Translations under genes and position numbers: made by a program
Origin: Cyclobacteriaceae bacterium
GTDB lineage: Bacteria > Bacteroidota > Bacteroidia > Cytophagales > Cyclobacteriaceae
Assembly (NCBI GenBank): GCA_018063305.1
Contig: JAGPBO010000001.1
Coordinates: 1-55,793, forward strand
Direction of reading: 5' to 3'
Length of the DNA stretch: 55,793 nucleotides
The notes under the pieces: generated by a model
Told to the model about the DNA's origin: nothing
What the model saw: the letters and a program-made list of their open reading frames with translations, nothing else
Databases searched by the model: none
In this document: piece by piece, positions 47,627 to 55,793 of the stretch
How positions within the stretch are numbered: the first letter of the stretch is position 1
Layout: the number at the start of each line of letters is the position of its first letter

Positions 47627-48445
47627 TTATCTGGATAAGATAAACGATCGCATGCTTACCGATCCCATTTCTGTTTTTTCATTGAAGAAAGTAAGCGGTT
47701 CGTCTTTGTCTTGCTGAGCGATGGCATAGAGCAAGGGCAGGTAATGATCGTGGGTGGGCACAGCCAGCTTAGCCAAAGTACCTAATTGATCATACTGTAT
47801 AATTCCTTCATGATTTTGGTTTTGCAAATAAGATTTAATCTTCTCATCAAACTCGGTTGCCCAATCGTACGGCTTGCCTAAAAAATTCATCATACGCAAA
47901 TTGTGCACAATGTTTCCGCTGCCAACGATCATCACTCCTTTTTTCCGAAGTTCGCGAAGTTCCAGAGCCAACTCATAGTGATAACGCATCGGTTTATAAT
48001 AATCCAGACTTAACTGATACACCGGAATATCTGCCTGCGGATACATGGGCAACAGAAAACTCCACGTACCATGGTCGAGGCCCCACTCTAAATCTGATTG
48101 AATGTTTGTGGTGGTAACCAGCTTTTGCGTTAAGGCCGCGAAATCAGGTGCGCCCGGAGCCGGATATTGCTGATCAAACAAGGCTTGCGGAAATCCGCCA
48201 AAGTCGTGAATAGTTTTTGGCCGCTCCATAGCAGTAACGCATGTGTCGCGTGTGAGCCAATGTGCCGAGATCGTTAGGATTGCTTTTGGTTTGGGAAGTT
48301 TGGTTCCTAATTCCGCCCACGAGCGATTGTATTCATTCTGCTCAATCGCATTCATGGGGCTGCCATGACCGATAAACAAAACCGGTGCTATGTCCGCGGA
48401 TGGTAAGTCATCCATTACTTTCTTAAACGACTTTAAAGTATTCAT
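47627..48445 (-). CDS. ygiD: 4,5-DOPA dioxygenase extradiol (LigB family)
   Basis: FIGHGSPMN, ISAHW, HDFGGFP, GLDHGTW and SGNIVHNL; start at MNTLKSF preferred. Confidence 0.9.
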   Translation of the reverse strand: MNTLKSFKKVMDDLPSADIAPVLFIGHGSPMNAIEQNEYNRSWAELGTKLPKPKAILTISAHWLTRDTCVTAMERPKTIHDFGGFPQALFDQQYPAPGAPDFAALTQKLVTTTNIQSDLEWGLDHGTWSFLLPMYPQADIPVYQLSLDYYKPMRYHYELALELRELRKKGVMIVGSGNIVHNLRMMNFLGKPYDWATEFDEKIKSYLQNQNHEGIIQYDQLGTLAKLAVPTHDHYLPLLYAIAQQDKDEPLTFFNEKTEMGSVSMRSFILSR

Positions 48446-48568
48446 TATAAAAAATCTGCGGTTGATCAACCCGGAGAACAAAGATTAACTTTTTAATCAA
48501 CAAATCAGGATCAAATTAAATTCAATAAAGAAACCTCGAATTCCGTTAACTTAGCGGCTACATAAGCG

Positions 48569-51079
48569 ATGGACAAACCCGGTGATTTATTTGACAGCCC
48601 GAGCATAGATACCTACTTTGCTGAGGTTGTTTTGCCTGTACCCATTCCAAAACTATTTACTTACCGCGTTCCGGTCGCTTACAACCCATCCATAAAAAAA
48701 GGGCACCGCGTGATTGTACCCTTTGGCCAGAAGAAAATCCTTACGGGTATAGTGGCGGAAATACACCATCAACCCCCTAAAGACTACGAAGCCAAGTACA
48801 TTTTAGATGTACTGGACAACAGTGAAGTAATCTATGAGCCGCAATTCAAATTGTATCAATGGATGGCCGATTACTACCTCTGCACCTTCGGTGAAGTAAT
48901 TCAAGCCGCTCTGCCCTCGGGTCTTAAACTTTCCAGTGAGTCGATGATTCAACTCCGGCCCGGATTTGATCTCGAAGATTCTACCTTCGATTTTTCTGAA
49001 AAAGAACGCCTTCTACTCGATCGGCTGAAAGGCAACACACTTACGTATACCGAAGCAGCCAAACTGCTGAACACCAAATCCATCTACCATCTTCTAAAAT
49101 CCTTGTCGGCCAAGGAAGCCATTATTCTCTATGAAGAAGTAAAAGAAAAGTTTAAGCCTAAAACAGAAAAGCATCTCCGCATTCATGCCGACTATATAGA
49201 TAAGAAAAATCTCGAGGCGTTATTTGAAACCTTATCGGCCAAGCCAAAGCAAGAAGCCGTTCTGTTAAAGTACTTACAAGAGATACCCGTGTTTTCACAT
49301 CCGGAACTTAATCAAACCGGATTAGCTAAATCTCAATTGCTGGATGCAGAAATTTCAGAATCTTCCGTAAACACATTAATCAAACACAAGGTGTTGGAGG
49401 AGTTTGACGTAATTGTGCCTCGGTTCGGCTTTCCCGATAATGCCCATGAGCATCCCCTGTTGCTGAGTGAATTACAAGAGCAAGCGCGCAACGAAATCAT
49501 GCACAGTTTTGAAACGCAGAGTACTGCGCTTTTACATGGGGTAACTGGTAGTGGTAAAACAGAAATTTATATAGATCTCATTCGCAAGGCACTGGAAGGT
49601 GGCTCGCAGGTATTGTATTTGCTACCCGAAATAGCGCTTACCACACAAATTGTTCATCGCCTCAAGAAAATGTTTGGCAGCGAGATGGGCGTGTATCACT
49701 CTAAGTTTTCTGATAATGAACGCGTAGAAGTATGGAATGGAATTCTTACAGGCAAGTTTCGATTTATTATCGGAGTACGATCGGCCGTGTTTCTTCCTTT
49801 CGATAACCTGAGTCTGATCATTGTGGATGAAGAGCACGATGCTTCTTATAAACAACACGACCCTGCCCCCCGCTACCATGCCCGCGATGTGGCCATGGTG
49901 ATGGCGCAAATTCATCATGCCAAAGTTTTGTTAGGTAGTGCTACCCCTTCGGCTGAATCATTCTACCAGGCTAAAGGCGGACGTTATGGTTTGGTTTCAT
50001 TAACTCAGCGATTTGGTGAAGCCCAACTACCTGAAATTGTTTTTGCAGATTTATCACAGGAAAAAAAGCGAAAGACGAATAAGGGTGAATTTTCTTCCCG
50101 CCTGCTAAAGGAAATTCAGGAAACCCTGAACCGCAAAGAACAAGTGATCTTGTTTCAAAACCGAAGAGGATACTCTCCGTTGGTACAATGCGAAGATTGC
50201 CAGTGGGTGCCCAAGTGCATTAATTGTGCGGTCAGTCTGACGTATCATCAATACCGGCATGCATTAATTTGTCATTATTGTGGCTATCGCGAAGATTTGC
50301 CAAACCAATGTCCTACCTGTGGTTCAAAGAGAATACTTACCCTTGGCTACGGCACCGAAAAATTAGAAGAAGAGTTAAAGCTTCATTTTCCGGATGCTAA
50401 AATTCAGCGTATGGATTTAGATACTACGCGGTCGCGATCGGGATATGAAAACATTATGGAAGGATTTGAAAGTGGCGAGACGAATATTCTGGTAGGAACG
50501 CAAATGGTAACGAAAGGATTGGATTTTGATCGGGTAAGTCTGGTGGGCGTTTTTGATACGGATCGCATGATGCACTTTCCGGATTTCCGATCGTATGAAA
50601 GAGCTTTTCAATTGATCACACAAGTTAGTGGCCGGGCAGGGCGGAGAGAAAAGCGAGGTAAAGTAATTTTACAAACCTCCAATCCAACCCATTCCCTATT
50701 CAAGTACGTGGTTGAAAATAATGTAATTGGTTTTATTGAAGATCAACTGCGCGACCGCGAGGAACATCTCTACCCTCCCTACAGCCGCTTAATTGACGTT
50801 ACGCTGAAGCATACAGATAAAAAAATGGTGCAGGCTGCAGCCGATACTTATGTCAATCAATTAAATACATCACTAAAAGGAATTAAAATAATGGGACCCG
50901 GTGAGCCCATGGTTTCAAAAATCAGAAATGAATATTTGATGTTGGTCTTACTGAAGATCAGGCGTGATCAGGGAAAATTAAATGAGATTAAATCCGTCCT
51001 GCAACATGTTGCTTCCGGGATACAACAACTCAAAGAATACCGGAATGTTAAGATTGTGTTTGACGTTGATCCCGCTTAA
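48569..51079 (+). CDS. priA: Primosomal protein N'
   Basis: GVTGSGKTE, DEEH, four CxxC motifs, QVSGRAGR and terminal DVDP. Confidence 0.97.
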   Translation: MDKPGDLFDSPSIDTYFAEVVLPVPIPKLFTYRVPVAYNPSIKKGHRVIVPFGQKKILTGIVAEIHHQPPKDYEAKYILDVLDNSEVIYEPQFKLYQWMADYYLCTFGEVIQAALPSGLKLSSESMIQLRPGFDLEDSTFDFSEKERLLLDRLKGNTLTYTEAAKLLNTKSIYHLLKSLSAKEAIILYEEVKEKFKPKTEKHLRIHADYIDKKNLEALFETLSAKPKQEAVLLKYLQEIPVFSHPELNQTGLAKSQLLDAEISESSVNTLIKHKVLEEFDVIVPRFGFPDNAHEHPLLLSELQEQARNEIMHSFETQSTALLHGVTGSGKTEIYIDLIRKALEGGSQVLYLLPEIALTTQIVHRLKKMFGSEMGVYHSKFSDNERVEVWNGILTGKFRFIIGVRSAVFLPFDNLSLIIVDEEHDASYKQHDPAPRYHARDVAMVMAQIHHAKVLLGSATPSAESFYQAKGGRYGLVSLTQRFGEAQLPEIVFADLSQEKKRKTNKGEFSSRLLKEIQETLNRKEQVILFQNRRGYSPLVQCEDCQWVPKCINCAVSLTYHQYRHALICHYCGYREDLPNQCPTCGSKRILTLGYGTEKLEEELKLHFPDAKIQRMDLDTTRSRSGYENIMEGFESGETNILVGTQMVTKGLDFDRVSLVGVFDTDRMMHFPDFRSYERAFQLITQVSGRAGRREKRGKVILQTSNPTHSLFKYVVENNVIGFIEDQLRDREEHLYPPYSRLIDVTLKHTDKKMVQAAADTYVNQLNTSLKGIKIMGPGEPMVSKIRNEYLMLVLLKIRRDQGKLNEIKSVLQHVASGIQQLKEYRNVKIVFDVDPA

Positions 51080-51094
51080 GCTTTACTTACTCAA

Positions 51095-51139
51095 CCGTTA
51101 TGTAAGATACCGTTCTTATCGGAACACCTCGCTAACGGA
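51095..51139. terminator. Palindrome between convergent priA and surE
   Basis: Outer CCGTTA/TAACGG arms with inner GTTC/GAAC. Confidence 0.35.
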
Positions 51140-51144
51140 TTTTT

Positions 51145-51924
51145 TTATCCTAAAATTTCCCAATCCTCATTTAAAATAGGAATAGCCTGGTGCGCAGTAA
51201 GATCAAACTGACAAGGAACAACGGACACATAATTATTGGCAATCGCCCATTCATCATTATCTTCTCCCTTATCAAAATTCACAAAGTTACCCGTCATCCA
51301 GAAATAACTTCTTCCATTAGGATCATAGCGTTCCATAAATTCTTCTGCCCATTTTGCGTTGGCTTGTCTGCAAATGCGAATACCTTTTACAGCTTCGTTT
51401 CGCTTGGGCGGAATATTTACGTTGAGAGCGACCCCTTTCGGCAAGTGCTTACTCAATACTTGTTGTGTTATCTTCCTTACGATTTCGGGTGTATGCGAAA
51501 AATCAGCCTTATGACTATAATCACACAAGGAAAATCCAATAGCCGGTGTACCCTCAATAGCCCCCTCAATAGCAGCAGACATGGTACCCGAATACAATAC
51601 GCTGATTGATGTGTTACTGCCATGATTGATCCCGCTCACTACAATATCTGGCTGGCGTCCGTCCTTGCAAACAAAGTGACGTGCTATCTTTACGCAATCG
51701 GCCGGAGTGCCCGAACACTCATACGCTTTCACCCCTTCAAAAATAAAAGACTCTGTTAAGCGAAGGCTATCCCCCACGGTAATGGCATGCCCCATTCCCG
51801 ATTGCGGGCTATCGGGGGCAACAACCAATACATCGCCTAATTCTTTCATTACCGTTACTAAGTTGAGAATACCACGGGCCGTAATGCCGTCATCATTAGT
51901 AACTAAAATCAATGGCTTATCCAT
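51145..51924 (-). CDS. surE: 5'/3'-nucleotidase SurE
   Basis: LVTNDDG, GTPADCV and VSGINHG.N...YSGT; start MDKPLIL preferred. Confidence 0.95.
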   Translation of the reverse strand: MDKPLILVTNDDGITARGILNLVTVMKELGDVLVVAPDSPQSGMGHAITVGDSLRLTESFIFEGVKAYECSGTPADCVKIARHFVCKDGRQPDIVVSGINHGSNTSISVLYSGTMSAAIEGAIEGTPAIGFSLCDYSHKADFSHTPEIVRKITQQVLSKHLPKGVALNVNIPPKRNEAVKGIRICRQANAKWAEEFMERYDPNGRSYFWMTGNFVNFDKGEDNDEWAIANNYVSVVPCQFDLTAHQAIPILNEDWEILG

Positions 51925-51940
51925 AAAACAAAAAAACAGT

Positions 51941-52543
51941 TTATTTATATAGTGAGTTATAATATTCAATTACGGATACCAAATCATATTTTTCATCCAT
52001 GTTCAGACGATTTGTTTTTGCATACTTCTCTACCTCACTCTTTTTATTTTGCATAAAATCAAACCAATCATTTTTCTTACCCCGATATTCATCAATATTA
52101 CCATTCTCTCTTAACAGGTAGTATTTATTTATTAATACCAGGCGACTATACGTGCCATAATAATAAAGTGGTGAAGAAGTAGTGCGGGATTCGATAGACT
52201 CTCGACACAGCACCGTGAGTTTTCCTTCAGTCAACAGTTCAAAAAATACAGGTGCTTTATATTGACCGGCTGTAGTATAGGGCAGCGAATAAAATATCCG
52301 ATATCGCTTTACCGTCTCATCAAAAATCTCAAAGAATAATACTTTGCGGGCTGTGTAACTTTCCATTTTGGTTTCCAATTGAACCTGCAGAATATCGTTT
52401 TTGAGATCATACTTTATGTTACCTTTCAATGTATCGCCCGAATCGAGCACCACTTTACCCGTGTGCCAGAACTCGGACGCAAACTGTTGTGCCGACAGAG
52501 TCGTGAAACCACTTAAAAGAAGTAAGAGTAGAAAGGCTCTCAT
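51941..52543 (-). CDS. Hypothetical secreted protein
   Basis: Signal peptide; 4-nt overlap with ribBA. Confidence 0.75.
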   Translation of the reverse strand: MRAFLLLLLLSGFTTLSAQQFASEFWHTGKVVLDSGDTLKGNIKYDLKNDILQVQLETKMESYTARKVLFFEIFDETVKRYRIFYSLPYTTAGQYKAPVFFELLTEGKLTVLCRESIESRTTSSPLYYYGTYSRLVLINKYYLLRENGNIDEYRGKKNDWFDFMQNKKSEVEKYAKTNRLNMDEKYDLVSVIEYYNSLYK

Positions 52544-53760
52544 TTATTTTTTAAGATCGAATGGCCAAGTTTATCGCGTTTGGTTAGAAGATATTTTTCA
52601 TTGTGTGGATTAGGTGTTATTTCAATAGAAATGTTATCAACAATTTCCAGGCCGTATCCCATAAGCCCCACTCGTTTTTTCGGATTATTTGTTATCAGCC
52701 TAATTTTAGAAACACCCAGATCACTTAAGATTTGCGCTCCGATTCCATAATCGCGATTATCCATATCAAAGCCGAGTTGCAGATTTGCTTCTACGGTATC
52801 CAATCCCTCCTCCTGAAGTTTATAGGCTTTCAGTTTATTCAACAAGCCAATTCCCCTACCCTCTTGTTTCATATAAAGCACAATCCCTTTACCTTCTTTC
52901 TCTACCATCATCATGGCATTATGTAATTGGGTGCCACAATCGCATCGGCAAGAGCCAAAGATATCACCCGTTACACAGCTCGAGTGAACACGAACCATGA
53001 CCGGTTCATTTTCTTCCCATGTTCCTTTTACTAACGCCATATGAACTTCGGTAGTATTGATTTGTTCGTAAGCCACTAATTTAAAGTCGCCATAGGCAGT
53101 GGGCATATTTACAGTCACTTGTTTGCGAATCTGTGACTCTACTTTCATGCGGTAGGCAATCAGATCTTTAATGGTTACCAGTTTTAGTCCAAACCGATCG
53201 GCCACTTTCCTTAGATCCAATAGCCGGGCCATCGATCCATCTTCATTCATGATCTCCACCAACACGCCCGCGGGTCGAAATCCTGCGAGACGGGCAAAGT
53301 CGATAGCGGCTTCAGTATGACCCGATCGCCTGAGCACGCCTTCTTTTTTTGCTTTGAGTGGAAATATGTGACCCGGTTTACCCAACTCTTCCGGTTTTGT
53401 TTCTGGATCTACCAAGGCTTTGATTGTTTTAAAACGATCGTGAGCCGAAATACCCGTGGAGCAACCATGCCCGATTAAATCCACCGACACCGTAAACGGA
53501 GTTTCAAAAGCTGCTGTATTTTTTCCCACCATCAACTCGAGACCCAGTTCTTCACAGCGATCTTCCATAAGAGGCGCACAAATAAGTCCGCGCCCGTGGG
53601 TGGCCATAAAGTTTACAATCTCGGGGGTTATCGATTCGGCTGCGCAAATGAAATCACCTTCATTCTCGCGGTCTTCGTCATCCACCACAATAATTACGCG
53701 CCCATGCTTTATCTCATGGATGGCATCTTCAATCGAATCAATCTTAATTTTATCACTCAT
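52540..53760 (-). CDS. ribBA: DHBP synthase / GTP cyclohydrolase II
   Basis: [32 protein letters not shown] and QEGRGIGL. Confidence 0.97.
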   Translation of the reverse strand: MSDKIKIDSIEDAIHEIKHGRVIIVVDDEDRENEGDFICAAESITPEIVNFMATHGRGLICAPLMEDRCEELGLELMVGKNTAAFETPFTVSVDLIGHGCSTGISAHDRFKTIKALVDPETKPEELGKPGHIFPLKAKKEGVLRRSGHTEAAIDFARLAGFRPAGVLVEIMNEDGSMARLLDLRKVADRFGLKLVTIKDLIAYRMKVESQIRKQVTVNMPTAYGDFKLVAYEQINTTEVHMALVKGTWEENEPVMVRVHSSCVTGDIFGSCRCDCGTQLHNAMMMVEKEGKGIVLYMKQEGRGIGLLNKLKAYKLQEEGLDTVEANLQLGFDMDNRDYGIGAQILSDLGVSKIRLITNNPKKRVGLMGYGLEIVDNISIEITPNPHNEKYLLTKRDKLGHSILKNK

Positions 53761-53808
53761 TATTTTCTCAGTTCAAATCATTTAACAAATACTTGGCCGG
53801 TCTTGTTC

Positions 53809-55761
53809 CTACCTGGCAATTACAATGCCCAATAGATTAGCTAGTTCTTTTTCAGCATTCTTTAGACCTACACGCACGTCCAATAATTCATCTAAAATAA
53901 ATCCCTCATTTTCAGCTTCAGCAGATTTTATATCTTTCAGATTATCCTCTAACATTTTTTGAACTACCCTAAACTTAAATCTTAATACATTGGTATTTAC
54001 CAATGCTTCCAATACTTCTCCCTCATCAGGGACAAAAATTTTAAATTTATCTGACCAAAGTGGACTCAAAGAATATTTTTCAATGGAAATCTCAGATACA
54101 CATTTACTAATCTCCTCATCATTCAAAGACAATAAATAAGTTAAATCAATTGACTGGCCTGAATCAATCCTATCTTTGATTATTGAAATGATCCTCCTGT
54201 ACAACGGATGTGAAAATTCAACATCAGATAGTTCATTCAACAAAAATTCGTGGACACTCTCATCATTTAAGGTATTCTCAGCGAATTTGATCAACAATCT
54301 TATTGTCTCCCTCTCTTGAGCATAAACTTTGGTCTCAGGAAGAATAGGTAAAGAAATACCAAGTTGTTCATTAATAGCTTCTGATTCAACCAATGGCTCA
54401 TCCTCCTTAAGTTCTCTTGAACTCTTTATCTTATCATCCCTTTCTCTTTTTAGTCTAATTTTATTGATTTCATTAATAACTGTTTGTTCATCAATTTCCA
54501 AAAGATCCTTTACTTGGCGGTAATAAGGTGCTCGCCTAACTTCATCAGGTAGCAAGGCCAATGTATCAGCTATCTCCCGCAACGATTCTGATCTTTTTAT
54601 TGGATCATTCTTAACTTCACTAGTATGTAGACTAATCTTATAAGAAACAAAATCCTGCGTATGATCACTTAAAAATTTCTGAAACTCTGTAGTACCAACC
54701 TTCCGCGAATAACTGTCCGGATCTTCGCCATCCGGAAACAAAACAACCCGCACATTCAAACCACCTTTCAGAATCATATCGATTCCGCGTAGCGCTGCTT
54801 TTATTCCGGCCGTATCGCCATCAAACAATACGGTTATGTTTTCCGTAAACCTGCGGATGAGTTTAATCTGACTTTCAGTTAACGCAGTGCCCGATGAGGA
54901 AACAACATTTTCTACATCCGCCTGATGCAAGGAGATTACATCGGTGTACCCTTCCACCAAATAACAAACGTCCTGCTGGCGGATGGCATTCTTCGCCTGA
55001 TACAATCCGTACAGTACATCACTCTTATGATATATTTCCGTCTCCGGTGAGTTAATGTATTTAGGCTGATTTTTCTCTTTGCCCAACATGCGGGCACCAA
55101 AAGCAATTACTTTTCCTGAAATATTATGCACCGGAAAAATTACGCGTCCGCGAAAGCGATCATAGGAGCGTTCCTTTTCAGTTCCCTCCTCTTTCTTTAC
55201 GATTAATCCGGTTTTTTCAAGCAGCTTTTTATTGTAGCCTTTGGCAATGGCTTCTTCACTAAAATTTTCCCAGCCATTCAGCGCATAGCCCAACTCGAAC
55301 TTACCGATGGTGCGATCATTAAACCCGCGTTCGCGGAAATAGCTCAGGCCAATGCTCATGCCTTCCTCGCTGGTCAACAATTGTGTATGGTAATAATCTT
55401 TGGCAAAGTTCATCAAAATGTAAAGCCCTTCGCGTTCACTTAAGGCCGCTTTACTTTCATCCGACTGCTTGTCTTCCTTTATTTCAACCCCATATTTTTT
55501 TGCCAGGTAGCGAAGAGATTCCGAATAACTCATCTTCTCATGCTCCATCACAAAGGTTATGGCATCGCCCCCTTTGCCACTACTAAAGTCTTTGAAAATG
55601 CCCTTGGCGGGAACGACAAAAAACGAAGGGGTTTTCTCGTTGGCGAAGGGACTGAGGGCCTTATAATTCTGACCGGCTTTTTTAAGCGACACAAAATCGC
55701 TTATCACATCAACAATATCGAGGCGGTTTCTGATTTCTTCTATGGTATCGCGTGAAATCAA
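53809..55761 (-). CDS. dnaG: DNA primase
   Basis: DRFRGR..FP, FGAR, KYINSPET, VEGYTDV, FDGD.AG and DPD. Confidence 0.96.
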   Translation of the reverse strand: MISRDTIEEIRNRLDIVDVISDFVSLKKAGQNYKALSPFANEKTPSFFVVPAKGIFKDFSSGKGGDAITFVMEHEKMSYSESLRYLAKKYGVEIKEDKQSDESKAALSEREGLYILMNFAKDYYHTQLLTSEEGMSIGLSYFRERGFNDRTIGKFELGYALNGWENFSEEAIAKGYNKKLLEKTGLIVKKEEGTEKERSYDRFRGRVIFPVHNISGKVIAFGARMLGKEKNQPKYINSPETEIYHKSDVLYGLYQAKNAIRQQDVCYLVEGYTDVISLHQADVENVVSSSGTALTESQIKLIRRFTENITVLFDGDTAGIKAALRGIDMILKGGLNVRVVLFPDGEDPDSYSRKVGTTEFQKFLSDHTQDFVSYKISLHTSEVKNDPIKRSESLREIADTLALLPDEVRRAPYYRQVKDLLEIDEQTVINEINKIRLKRERDDKIKSSRELKEDEPLVESEAINEQLGISLPILPETKVYAQERETIRLLIKFAENTLNDESVHEFLLNELSDVEFSHPLYRRIISIIKDRIDSGQSIDLTYLLSLNDEEISKCVSEISIEKYSLSPLWSDKFKIFVPDEGEVLEALVNTNVLRFKFRVVQKMLEDNLKDIKSAEAENEGFILDELLDVRVGLKNAEKELANLLGIVIAR

Positions 55762-55793
55762 TCGGTTGGAATCTTATTTTGAAATTGGACCCC

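Noticed and set aside
638-55755. Numerous 60-170 aa ORFs overlapping or antisense to long genes (e.g. 9448-9744, 24202-24708, 30188-30583, 51190-51609)
   Set aside because: They are shadow frames of well-supported genes and carry no recognisable motifs.

Overview
Bacteroidota chromosomal segment, most likely Cytophagales (inferred from protein families, DUF4290-murA synteny and a TAnnTTTG promoter element). The left end is core-like: 3' end of a UvrD/PcrA helicase, DUF4290, murA, a decayed higBA, SDR, PhyH dioxygenase, a sphingomyelin-synthase-like gene, xth, the recycling run anmK-murQ-nagB(PIG-L fusion), GSCFA and YyaL. The right end is also core-like: ygiD, priA, surE, ribBA, dnaG. Between them is about 34 kb of AT-richer accessory DNA with no integrase or transposase. 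It holds short cassette-like genes bordered by degenerate attC-like sites, a complete sigma54-type kdp locus (split KdpD, porin, four unannotated microprotein ORFs including kdpF), a cluster of REP-like palindromes with a candidate structured RNA, an actinobacterial-looking threonine dehydratase, and an FAD-dehydrogenase/ThDP-enzyme pair. The strongest leads are the microprotein-rich sigma54 kdp leader, the SMS-like/PhyH/SDR lipid module, fossil integron cassettes, a GxxExxY remnant in a self-complementary repeat shell, a PIG-L domain that may replace NagA, and an AT-rich C-terminal half of dnaG. No rRNA, tRNA or CRISPR array was recognised. All family assignments come from motif recognition by eye, not database searches.
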